Source of the DNA: Opitutales bacterium
GTDB taxonomy: Bacteria > Verrucomicrobiota > Verrucomicrobiia > Opitutales > JABSRG01
Direction: 5' to 3'
Assembly (NCBI GenBank): GCA_051117635.1
Contig: JBNPEH010000004.1
Coordinates: 229,562 to 293,561, forward strand
Length of the DNA: 64,000 nt
Part shown: one piece after another, positions 18,747-27,043 of the stretch
How the letters are laid out: each line of letters starts with the position of its first letter
Numbering within the stretch: the stretch's first letter is position 1
Made by a program: the position numbers and the translations under genes
The notes under the pieces: generated by a model
Database searches by the model: none
Seen by the model: the letters and a program-made list of their open reading frames with translations, nothing else
Told to the model about the DNA's origin: nothing

Positions 18747-20189
18747 ATGATAGGCCGCACAAGCTGTTTCCTCCTCGCGGTCCTGGGGGCCACGCTGCCC
18801 CTGTCGGCGGAAGACGACATCGCCCTGCTCGTTTCGGGCGGGACCATTATCACCATGGAGCCGGGCGAGCCGGAACCGGTCGAAGGCTGGATGGCCGTCG
18901 GCGCGGACGGACGCGTGCTGGCCATAGGCAACGGGGAACCACCCGCCGACCTCGAACCGGCCGAGACGCTGGATGCCACGGGCAAAATTATCATGCCGGG
19001 CTTCATTTCGGCGCACAGCCACCTGTGGTCGGCGCCATTTCGCGGCATTGCCTCCGAGAGCAACCTCTACGAATGGATCGCCACGGCGCACTCGCCGTTC
19101 CGGGAATACTATCAGGAAGGCGATTTCTTAACCTATACCCAGTACGGGGCGCTGGATTTCATCAGCCATGGCATTACGACTTGTTATAATTGGGTCGCGA
19201 ACATGGGTCACGCCTACGATCTCTGGATGGAGCAGTTCGAGGGACAGCTGTCGATGCCGCAGCGTTTTGTCTTCGGCTGGGCGATCGACACCGAGTCCAG
19301 CGAGTCAGTGAACCGCGAACGCCTCGAGGCCTTCATTGCCCGGACCAACGTCCTGAAGGCACAGGAAGACCACCTGCTCGACATATCACTGAGTGCGCTG
19401 GGCCTCCTGTACGGCGATTCGGAAATTGTCTTCTGGGAAGGCCGCCTGATGGCCGACTACGGGCTGGACGCCCAGACCCACTACCTGGAGGCCTCCGAGA
19501 TCAAGCACCGCCAGCACCAGGAGTTTTCCATCCTGCAGGACGCCGGTTTCATCAACGAACAGCTGCACATCGCGCATTTCATTCATACGAACGACTATAT
19601 CCTGGATTCCGCCGCCGAGGCCGGCGTGCGCATGGCCTGGAACCCCCTGTCCAACGGACGGCTCGGTTCGGGATTAGCCGACATCCCCAGCATCCGCCAG
19701 CACGGCATGGAGGTCGGCATGGGGCTCGACGGTCAGGCCAGCGGCGATCTGTCCGATCCCTTCGAAAACATGCGCATGGGGCTCTATGCCACGCGGATGA
19801 AATATGAGGACGCGGGGGTCATGTCGCCATATCAGGTGTTGTACCTGCACACCATCGGCTCGGCCGAGATGCTCGGCGTGGACGACGCCGTCGGCAGCCT
19901 GGAGCCGGGCAAGTTCGCCGATTTTCTGGTCCTTGATCCGCTCGAGCCCGATGTCGCCCCGATCTTCGATGTTTACGGCACGCTGGTCCTCGCCATGAGC
20001 ACCCGCAACCTTGAGTCGGTTTACATCGGCGGCGACCTTACCTATGCGGATGATGCCTTCACCGCCATCGATTTCCCCGCCATCCGCGAGGATGCCTACC
20101 GGCGGGTGGAGCGGATGAAGGGGCAGCTGGAAGCGGACGGGAAGCCGGTGCCGGTACCCGGTTACGCGGAAAGCTATCACCGGCCCTGA
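18747..20189 (+). CDS. secreted metal-dependent amidohydrolase (chlorohydrolase/aminohydrolase-like)
   Basis: The start at 18747 gives the signal peptide MIGRTSCFLLAVLGATLPLSAED. Family features are PGFISAHSHLW (HxH metal motif) and GLDGQASGD. Confidence 0.85.
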   Translation: MIGRTSCFLLAVLGATLPLSAEDDIALLVSGGTIITMEPGEPEPVEGWMAVGADGRVLAIGNGEPPADLEPAETLDATGKIIMPGFISAHSHLWSAPFRGIASESNLYEWIATAHSPFREYYQEGDFLTYTQYGALDFISHGITTCYNWVANMGHAYDLWMEQFEGQLSMPQRFVFGWAIDTESSESVNRERLEAFIARTNVLKAQEDHLLDISLSALGLLYGDSEIVFWEGRLMADYGLDAQTHYLEASEIKHRQHQEFSILQDAGFINEQLHIAHFIHTNDYILDSAAEAGVRMAWNPLSNGRLGSGLADIPSIRQHGMEVGMGLDGQASGDLSDPFENMRMGLYATRMKYEDAGVMSPYQVLYLHTIGSAEMLGVDDAVGSLEPGKFADFLVLDPLEPDVAPIFDVYGTLVLAMSTRNLESVYIGGDLTYADDAFTAIDFPAIREDAYRRVERMKGQLEADGKPVPVPGYAESYHRP

Positions 20190-20218
20190 GTCGGACCGGT
20201 TATCGGCCTGGAATAATC

Positions 20219-20426
20219 GCGCATGTGGGCGAAAAGAATCGGGAAACAGGGCCCCACCAAGTACGTGCATTTCGAAGAAATGCTGCAAATCTCTCGTTCA
20301 GCATTATTTACTGCCCTGTTTCCCGATTCTGGTGAGAAGTTCGGGCCAGGCTTGGGTGCACTGCTGAGGTTGCCCGCAAAGGCGCAACCTTTTCAGCTGA
20401 AGCTGTATGCTGGTTGTGGCTAAGCC
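20219..20426. mobile_element. MITE-like repeat, family 1, rearranged or partial copy
   Basis: GCGCATGTGGGCGAAAAGAATCGGGAAACAGGGC ... GCCCTGTTTCCCGATTCTGGTGAGAAGTTCGGG forms an 18-bp perfect inverted repeat pair (AGAATCGGGAAACAGGGC/GCCCTGTTTCCCGATTCT). It shares the GTGCATTTCGAAGAAATGCTGCAA core with copies at 61-310 and 25454-25669. The tail 20347-20426 resembles an internal block of the 61-310 copy. Confidence 0.6.
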
Positions 20427-20592
20427 ATTTACAGAGCGGTGCCTCAGGGTTTTCAACAGATCCAGGCCCCAGTAGGGAGCTCGTGCCCCCTCTTTGGAGG
20501 TAACAGGAAGCTTAGGTCTTGATTCACGGTTGGGTGATTTAGGTTACTTGAAGTTTGGTGGGTGGGATTTGGGTAACCTAAAGAAGAGGTCT

Positions 20593-22854
20593 ATGGCGGA
20601 TCCCCAAAATCGAGGAAATCAATCACAGCAGGCCCAGGTCAATAACGGCCTGGGTAGAGTTTGGGGAGAGCTTCGAGACGAATGCCACGCTGCCAATCTG
20701 GTTCCTGCTTTGGCCGCTGGCCTGATTGTTGCAATCTCGGCGGTAGTGACCGGAACGGGTGTCGCGACCCTTTTATTCACCGGGCCGTTGCTGCCCCACA
20801 TCATGAACGGCATTGGGCTGGTGTTGTTCAGCGCAGTCGTGTTGCTCGTCGTGACGGCCCTGGGCAGTTCATACCGCGGCAGCATTTCTCTTCCCCAGGA
20901 AGTGCCTGCGGTGGTGGCTAGTCTGTTGGCGGTCAGCCTCTACCAGGCCTTGGAACCTGAGCTGGGACCAGCCGGTGCCCTCCCCGTCGTGGTTTTGGGA
21001 ATTGCGCTCGGTACGCTGTTTACGGGGCTGATATTTCTACTCTTGGGCAAGCGTCGGCTGGGCGGACTCATTCGCTACATTCCGTTCCCCGTTGTCGGCG
21101 GCGTGTTGGCCGCCCTGGGCTGGTTGCTGATTCAGGGGGCGGTTTCGTTGCTCTCGGGCGAGGCGCTGCGTCTGGATAACCTCGGTCGGTTTGCGGACCC
21201 CGCCTTTAACGCGAAAATCGGTATCAGCCTCGTCTTCGGCATCCTGCTCTACCTCGCATCTGTCCGTATCCAACATTTCCTTACGGTGCCTCTGGTTTTG
21301 GTGGGGGGAGTCGGTTTGTTTTACCTGGCTGTCTGGCTGAGCGGGACAGAGTTGGAAGCCGTAATCGGAGCAGGATGGTTGCTCGGCCCCTTTCCTGACG
21401 GTGATCTCTGGCGGCCGCCCTCGGCTGAGACCCTGGCCGCCGCCGACTGGGGTTTGCTCCTGAAACAAGTACCGGTCATGGGCACCCTGGTGCTGGCCAG
21501 TGTGATCACACTGCTCTTGCACGCGAGTGGCCTGGAACTGGCGGTACGGCGGGAGATCGATCTCAATCACGAACTGGTAAATTGCGGCTTGGCAAACATC
21601 CTGGCGGGCCTGGGTGGGGGGACAGTCGGGTTTCACTCTCTCAGTGACAGTGTGCTGGTGAGGGAAATGCGTGCGCCCTTCCGGATTACGTCACTGATAG
21701 CGGCGGCCCTGTTGGCGACGGGTTTGGCCTTCGGCTTTTCCGCCTTGGGCTATTTCCCGCGTCCTGTCCTCGGCGGTCTCTTGTTCTTTTTGGCCATTGG
21801 ACTGTTACTCGAATGGGTGGTTCGAGCTGCCAGGCGCTTGCCCGTAGGTGATTACCTGGTGGTATTGCTGATTCTGGTGGTGGCGGGTGCCGTCGGGTTT
21901 CTGGAGGCGATCGGGGTGGGGATTATTGCTGGGGTTGTGATTTTCACCATCAACTATTCCCGCGTAAATGTGACGAAGCACGTCTTGTCGGGGGCGAGCA
22001 TGCGAAGCAATGTCGACCGGCCCGCTTCGGAGCGGGAGATTCTGGACAGGCATGGGGACAGTACCTTGGTGCTGCGTTTGCAAGGCTTCCTGTTTTTTGG
22101 AACGGCAAACCTGCTCCTCGATCCGGTCCGGGAACGCCTCGAAGCGGCCGCGCAGGGAAGCCTGCCTCTTCGGTTCCTTTGTCTGGATTTCCGGTTAATC
22201 AATGGAATCGACACCTCAGCTGTGATAACCTTCAAAAAACTGGATCAGTTGGCGGAAAACCTGGATTTTGAAATCCTGCTGACCGAGTTGTCGGCCGAGG
22301 ACTACCGTCTCCTCGAGACCAGCGGTCTGCCTATCCAGAGTAATGAGCGGATTCATCGTTATCCGGATCTGGATCGCGGTCTCGAGCATTGCGAGGAATC
22401 CCTGCTGGCGGAACATCGGGGTTCCGAGCGAGCCGGGGGGCTCCGGGTAGACCTGGAAACCCTCAAGGTACGCGGGGTTTTGGCCTATGCGCAGAACCAG
22501 CAATTTGCCAAGGGAGAGACCATCATTCGGCAAGGCGATCCCAGCGATGACCTCTTCTTCATTCGAAAGGGCCGGGTTAGCGTTCACCTGGAAGGTATCG
22601 ATCTGGGCGACCGGCGACTGAAAAGCTATGGGCCGGGTACGCTTGTCGGTGAAGTGGCGCTCTATACGGGGGTAAAGCGAACGGCGTCTGTCCGGGCCGA
22701 CGAAGCCGTGGAGGCATTTTGCTTCGACCGGCTGTCCATGGAAAGGATGGAGAGGGAAGCCCCCGAAGCGGCCGCCTTCCTGCATCGGTTTGTCGCCACG
22801 GAATTGGCCGAACGCCTGACCAGCCTGAATCGCCTGGTTCAGTCGATGGGGTAG
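20593..22854 (+). CDS. SulP-family anion transporter fused to STAS and cyclic-nucleotide-binding domains
   Basis: About 500 aa of polytopic membrane domain, then a STAS-like region (TLVLRLQGFLFFGTANLL), then a C-terminal cNMP-binding motif FFIRKGRVSV...GPGTLVGEVALYTGVKRTASVRA. Start taken at the ATG at 20593. Confidence 0.85.
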   Translation: MADPQNRGNQSQQAQVNNGLGRVWGELRDECHAANLVPALAAGLIVAISAVVTGTGVATLLFTGPLLPHIMNGIGLVLFSAVVLLVVTALGSSYRGSISLPQEVPAVVASLLAVSLYQALEPELGPAGALPVVVLGIALGTLFTGLIFLLLGKRRLGGLIRYIPFPVVGGVLAALGWLLIQGAVSLLSGEALRLDNLGRFADPAFNAKIGISLVFGILLYLASVRIQHFLTVPLVLVGGVGLFYLAVWLSGTELEAVIGAGWLLGPFPDGDLWRPPSAETLAAADWGLLLKQVPVMGTLVLASVITLLLHASGLELAVRREIDLNHELVNCGLANILAGLGGGTVGFHSLSDSVLVREMRAPFRITSLIAAALLATGLAFGFSALGYFPRPVLGGLLFFLAIGLLLEWVVRAARRLPVGDYLVVLLILVVAGAVGFLEAIGVGIIAGVVIFTINYSRVNVTKHVLSGASMRSNVDRPASEREILDRHGDSTLVLRLQGFLFFGTANLLLDPVRERLEAAAQGSLPLRFLCLDFRLINGIDTSAVITFKKLDQLAENLDFEILLTELSAEDYRLLETSGLPIQSNERIHRYPDLDRGLEHCEESLLAEHRGSERAGGLRVDLETLKVRGVLAYAQNQQFAKGETIIRQGDPSDDLFFIRKGRVSVHLEGIDLGDRRLKSYGPGTLVGEVALYTGVKRTASVRADEAVEAFCFDRLSMERMEREAPEAAAFLHRFVATELAERLTSLNRLVQSMG

Positions 22855-23035
22855 GGTCGTTAAGATATTTACTGCACAAATGGGTAACCGGCCATTGGTC
22901 GCCTTCCGCTCGCGAGCGGGCTGAAGCCGCTCCCGGCGAGGATGAGGGGCCGACGCCCGCCCCGGCCTGAAATGCGCCTCGATGATTGCATCGTTTTTGC
23001 CGGTCCGGAGGCGCTGACTGCCAACGACCGCGATT

Positions 23036-23767
23036 TCAGTCCGGAAGACCGATACTGAGGATATCGGCGCAGGTGGCGAAGAGGTCGCCGAGGCAGGCCA
23101 AATGGTCACAGGTGGTTCCGGCTGTAACCGCCGCCGGCCAGCTGACGATGAAGGGCAGGCGATGGCCGCCCTCCCAGGCATCGCGCTTGATTCCTCGCCA
23201 GCTCCCCATGCTGAAGTGGTCGGTGCGCTCCGCACGGTTATAGGCTCCCTCATCGTCACCGACCTGGTTTTCCGGCCCGTTGTCGCTGGTGAAGACGATC
23301 AATGTGTTTTCGCGCTGGACGGTGCGGTCGAGGGCGTCGATCAGTTGACCGACCAGGTCATCGATCTCGCAGACGAAATCCCCGTAGTTACCGATCCCGC
23401 TCCGGTCGACGAAGGGCTTGTTGGGCACCACGGGTGAATGGGGCGAAGTGAGGGGGAAATAGAGAAAAAAGGGATCGCTTTGCTCGGCCTGCTCCTCGAT
23501 GAACGCAACTGCCCGATCCGTGAAGGTCGGAATCATGGCTTCCAGTTCCCAATCGGGGCAGGCTGGTCCGGGATTACCATAGAGATGCTCCGGTTTTTCC
23601 TCAGTCGGTAAGGAAGTCAACCGGTCGTTATCAAACCAGGCGTAGGGCGGAAAATTGGGGACATCCACGCCGAAATAGCTGTCGAACCCGTGATCGACCG
23701 GCCCGCCACCAATCCGGGCGCGAAACCCATGAGGCCTGACGCTCCACAGGCTTGAGATCGAAACGGC
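23036..23767 (-). pseudogene. arylsulfatase remnant (N-terminal catalytic region missing, C-terminus decayed)
   Basis: Sulfatase blocks HGFDSYFG, FFLYFPLTSPHSP, FTSDNGPE and WEGGHRLPFIVSWP are present. About 125 N-terminal residues, including the C/S-x-P-x-R formylglycine motif, are absent: only 99 nt separate it from the upstream gene. The ORF stops right after ...SIGLPD, where sulfatases normally continue for about 100 aa. Confidence 0.7.
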
Positions 23768-25111
23768 TCAATCCAGCACTTTGCCGAACAGCGTGGCGTA
23801 CATCAGTCGGTAGATGTCGGTATTCTGGACATGCATTGGGAGCAGCCCGCTGTTCAGGCCGTGAGCCCGGGCAATGACGCCGCCGTGCACATCGCCGTAA
23901 CCGGGCCAGACGATGGCGAAGGGCAGGCGGTTGCCGCGGGCGTCGGGTGCCGTCTGGAAGGGGAGGGAGCCCGGGCCGTTGCGCCCGTCGATCGGGGCAC
24001 CTGTCCGGTCATGAGTCGGCAGCGGCTGGTCCGCCCGGTCGTTGCGGATCGAGGTGAGGGCCGGGTTGGCGGCGTTGCTGTCGGCGGCCACCACCAGCAG
24101 CGTGTCCGGCTGCTCCGCAATATAGTCGACCGCTGACCGGATGGCGGCGTCGCTGCGACGCAGCGCTTCAAGCATGCCGGATGCGTTGCCGTTATTGGGG
24201 AAGTTGTCGGCCCCCTCCTCTTCGGCCACCAGGAAAAAGGGCCGGCCTTTGGCGGCCAGGAACTCGATCGCAAAGGCGGTCATCTCGCCGAAGGTCGGTG
24301 CGGTGTCGATGTAGAGCGGCAGCCCGGCGGCAGCGAGGACCTCCTCCGGCTCCGCGAAGAAGGTATGTTCGGCGGCAAAGACGCCCAGGACTTTTTCGGG
24401 TTGGGCGGGATCGAGCGCCTCCAGCTGTTTGCGGTGGTAGACCACGGTGTAGCCGGCCGCCTCGGCCTCGGCGACCAGATTGCGGCCGTCCTCGCGCACG
24501 CCGACCGCGCCGTGAAAGCCCTGCTCCCCCGCGGGCAGCAGGTAACGTTCGCCGCCCGAGAAAATGAGCGGCAGCCCCGATTCGAGAATTTTCGCCGCAA
24601 TGATGGTCCGATCACCCCGCGAGGTATGGCTGGCAGCAAACACGCCGGTGCCCGGTTCGGCGATGTGGCCACTGTTGACGATCCCGGTCGGAATGCCCGC
24701 CTTGTGCGCCTCGATTGCGATGCTGTGCGGAGCGCCGGACAGGGCAGTCAACGGTTCGGTCCCGTTCATGCCATAGGAGTCGCGCAATACTTTTTTGCCA
24801 AAGGCATGGGTGGTGGCGCCGGCATGACTGGAACTGGTGATCGAGTCGGTCGGGTGGCCGCGGTACAGCCCCATGCGGTCCAGCTGATCCCAGGCGGTCA
24901 GGCCGTCGGGTCCCCGGTCGACCAGACGCAGCGCCGTCCAGTGAGTCACCGCCGCGCCGTCCGGATGGATGAATATCACCGATCCACGTTCGGGCTCGCC
25001 CGGGTTCAATGCGGCCCCGACCGGCACCGCAACTATGAAGGTGAGCAGAAATACGACCACGGTGGCAGGGAAACGCCGGGGCAAACGACTCAGGCTTTCA
25101 GGAATGTCCAT
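23768..25111 (-). CDS. alkaline phosphatase (PhoA/PF00245-like) family protein, secreted or membrane-anchored
   Basis: IFIHPDGAA, PTDSITSSS, TGIVNSGHIAEPG, FFLVAEEEGAD, LLVVAADSNA and VHGGVIARAHG align by eye with PhoA blocks. An N-terminal hydrophobic segment follows the ATG at 25111. Confidence 0.65.
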   Translation of the reverse strand: MDIPESLSRLPRRFPATVVVFLLTFIVAVPVGAALNPGEPERGSVIFIHPDGAAVTHWTALRLVDRGPDGLTAWDQLDRMGLYRGHPTDSITSSSHAGATTHAFGKKVLRDSYGMNGTEPLTALSGAPHSIAIEAHKAGIPTGIVNSGHIAEPGTGVFAASHTSRGDRTIIAAKILESGLPLIFSGGERYLLPAGEQGFHGAVGVREDGRNLVAEAEAAGYTVVYHRKQLEALDPAQPEKVLGVFAAEHTFFAEPEEVLAAAGLPLYIDTAPTFGEMTAFAIEFLAAKGRPFFLVAEEEGADNFPNNGNASGMLEALRRSDAAIRSAVDYIAEQPDTLLVVAADSNAANPALTSIRNDRADQPLPTHDRTGAPIDGRNGPGSLPFQTAPDARGNRLPFAIVWPGYGDVHGGVIARAHGLNSGLLPMHVQNTDIYRLMYATLFGKVLD

Positions 25112-25188
25112 AAGCCAAACCGTAGGCGGGCTCCAGTCCCCCGGCAAGGGATGCCCCGTGACAAGTTCGTGATTTCCGACACCGGCCC

Positions 25189-25341
25189 TCAGGCGGCGAG
25201 CTGACCATCCCCCTTGCGCAATGCCTTGATGCGCTCCTTGCGCTCCCGCTTCGTCAGACCGGCCATCAGCGGACAGTTCTTACACGCTTTCTTCTTTTTC
25301 TTCAGGTACTTATGACAGCACTTTTTCTTCAGTTTGCCCAT
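25189..25341 (-). CDS. small basic Cys-rich protein (50 aa), below the ORF-track cutoff
   Basis: Hand translation gives MGKLKKKCCHKYLKKKKKACKNCPLMAGLTKRERKERIKALRKGDGQLAA. It has an ATG start and a TGA stop, sits in an otherwise empty gap, and has GC-rich third positions outside the Lys codons. Confidence 0.45.
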   Translation of the reverse strand: MGKLKKKCCHKYLKKKKKACKNCPLMAGLTKRERKERIKALRKGDGQLAA

Positions 25342-25453
25342 GCGGCGCGGTGCGAAGTATCAAACTCGGTTGCGGGTAGGCCTGAGAATGAGATTCTGTC
25401 TCATGCTTTTTCAAGCGGGAATCCAACAAAGCCTGCCGTGGCGCCCCGGGTGG

Positions 25454-25669
25454 CTAACCCGGACTACTCATGAAGCCCAGATGTGATGAGCTGCCCCTGT
25501 CCGCCGTAGCCTTGGCGAAGGCGGCGTGCCCGCCATAACCCGAAGGGTGAAGGCGGGAGGGCGAAACCGGGCACCACCACGAACGTGCATTTCGAAGAAA
25601 GGCTGCAAATCCCTCGTTCAGAATTGTTTACCGCCCTGTTTCCCGATTCTGGTGAGAAGTTCGGGTTAG
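25454..25669. mobile_element. MITE-like repeat, family 1 copy carrying a 55-bp REP-like insertion
   Basis: It runs TA|ACCCGGACTACTCATGAAGCCCAGATGTGATGAGCTGC ... GCCCTGTTTCCCGATTCTGGTGAGAAGTTCGGGT|TA. Relative to the 61-310 copy it has an extra 25495-25549 made of two CCGCC...GGCGG units and lacks about 100 bp of internal sequence. Confidence 0.7.
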
Positions 25670-25670
25670 T

Positions 25671-25873
25671 GGCCTGTTTGAAAAGTCGAGATAAGCGGAA
25701 AGGCTGACGGCTTATACGCGTGTGGCGGGCCGACCTGTCCGCCATAGCCTTTAGGCGACGGCGGAAGAGCCCGCCACTCCATGGAGGCGCCGGCTCTTTC
25801 CTGTCCGCCGAAGTCCTTGGACGAAGGTGGAGGCCGGCGTTCGCGACTCCAAGAAGACTTTTCAAACACGCCC
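25671..25873. mobile_element. MITE-like repeat, family 2, apparently full-length (about 200 bp)
   Basis: The terminal inverted repeats are GGCCTGTTTGAAAAGTC ... GACTTTTCAAACACGCC. The interior holds ACGCGTGTGGCGGGCCGACCTGTCCGCCATAGCC plus two further CTGTCCGCC...GGCGG/GGTGG hairpin units. Related copies lie at 6040-6166 and 53259-53335, and an end fragment near 62500-62565. Confidence 0.65.
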
Positions 25874-25961
25874 TAATGGCATTCGGGGAGATAGCCGTTC
25901 GAGGGGCCCCTGCGTGGGAAAGCCGTCTGCTTTCCGCTGAACAGGACTTTCCAGACATGTC

Positions 25962-26924
25962 CTACATCAGGACCTGCTCGCAGAGCGCCCACCAGACGGG
26001 GATACCGATGAGGATGTTGACCGGGAAGGTGATCCCGATGCTCATGGTGAGGAAACGGCCGATGTTGGCTTGCGGGATGGCGTAGGGAATGATGGCCGGG
26101 GCCACGATGTAGCTGGAGCTGGCGCAGAGGATGGTGACCAGCAGACCGTCTCCCGCGTCGAGGTCGAAGGCCCAGGCCAGGGCAAAGCCGATGGCGCCGT
26201 TGAGCCAGGGCGCGAGACAGGCGAACAGCCCGAGGAAAGGGGTCAGCAGTTGCTTGAGGTTGTCGCGCAGGTTTTCCCCGACCTTCAGGCCCATATAGAG
26301 GAGGAAGAAGCCGATCATGCCGGTAAAAATATCTCCCGAGATGAAGCCGGTCAGCATGTCGGTGTCCTGGGTCACGTAGGAACCGAGCAGGCCGATGACC
26401 AGGCTGCCGATCAGCAGCAGTTGCGTGCCGTCGATCAGCGCATCGCGGACCGCCACCCAGGTGGTGGCCATGCCCGAGCGGTTGTAGAGGAAAATGCTGT
26501 AGATGATGGCGGGGGTCTCCATCACGACCAGCGCGACGGTCATGTAGCCGCCGTAGGGGACGTCCATCGTGTTGAGGAAGGCCGCCGCCGTCACGAAGGT
26601 CATGGTGGAGTTCGAGCCGTAGGTCGCCCCGATCGAGGCGGCGTCGGCCTCACCCACCACCCGCTTCAGGCTGTAATACACATAGGTCGGCACGATGAAG
26701 CTGGCCAGGATCACGATGATGATGGGTGCGGCGGCATCGGTCAGGCTCGGTGCTTCGACCAGGCTCAGGCCGCCTTTCACCCCGATCGCCATCATCAGGT
26801 AGAGCGTGACCGCCTTCACGATCGGTTCGGGAATTTCCAGATTCGACCGGATGAGCTTCGCGAAAACCCCGAAGACAAAGAACAATACCGGCAGGTTGAA
26901 GATGTTGACCCAGGTCATAAGCAA
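25962..26924 (-). CDS. SbtA-family (sodium-dependent bicarbonate transporter/DUF897) permease, short form
   Basis: IPEPIVKAVTLYLMMAIGVKGGLSL and CASSSYIVAPAIIPYAIPQANIG parallel the two conserved SbtA repeat blocks. About 10 TM segments. 320 aa. Confidence 0.75.
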   Translation of the reverse strand: MLMTWVNIFNLPVLFFVFGVFAKLIRSNLEIPEPIVKAVTLYLMMAIGVKGGLSLVEAPSLTDAAAPIIIVILASFIVPTYVYYSLKRVVGEADAASIGATYGSNSTMTFVTAAAFLNTMDVPYGGYMTVALVVMETPAIIYSIFLYNRSGMATTWVAVRDALIDGTQLLLIGSLVIGLLGSYVTQDTDMLTGFISGDIFTGMIGFFLLYMGLKVGENLRDNLKQLLTPFLGLFACLAPWLNGAIGFALAWAFDLDAGDGLLVTILCASSSYIVAPAIIPYAIPQANIGRFLTMSIGITFPVNILIGIPVWWALCEQVLM

Positions 26925-27043
26925 GCGTGTGGAACAGGAGGTGCGTGGCGTAAGCCGAAGCGGGTGTTACGAAATGTAGTTCGTGCTTTGCAAGCGGTTA
27001 TTTTGGAGAAGCCGCCCGCGGTCCGCCCGCCCGCGGCCTCCCG

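Noticed and set aside
23668-23770. TGA read-through or selenocysteine fusion of the PhoA-like protein to the in-frame sulfatase fragment.
   Set aside because: Same-frame placement has a one-in-three chance expectation. I saw no SECIS-like hairpin after the TGA. The downstream part lacks the sulfatase catalytic region, so a fusion would not make a functional sulfatase.
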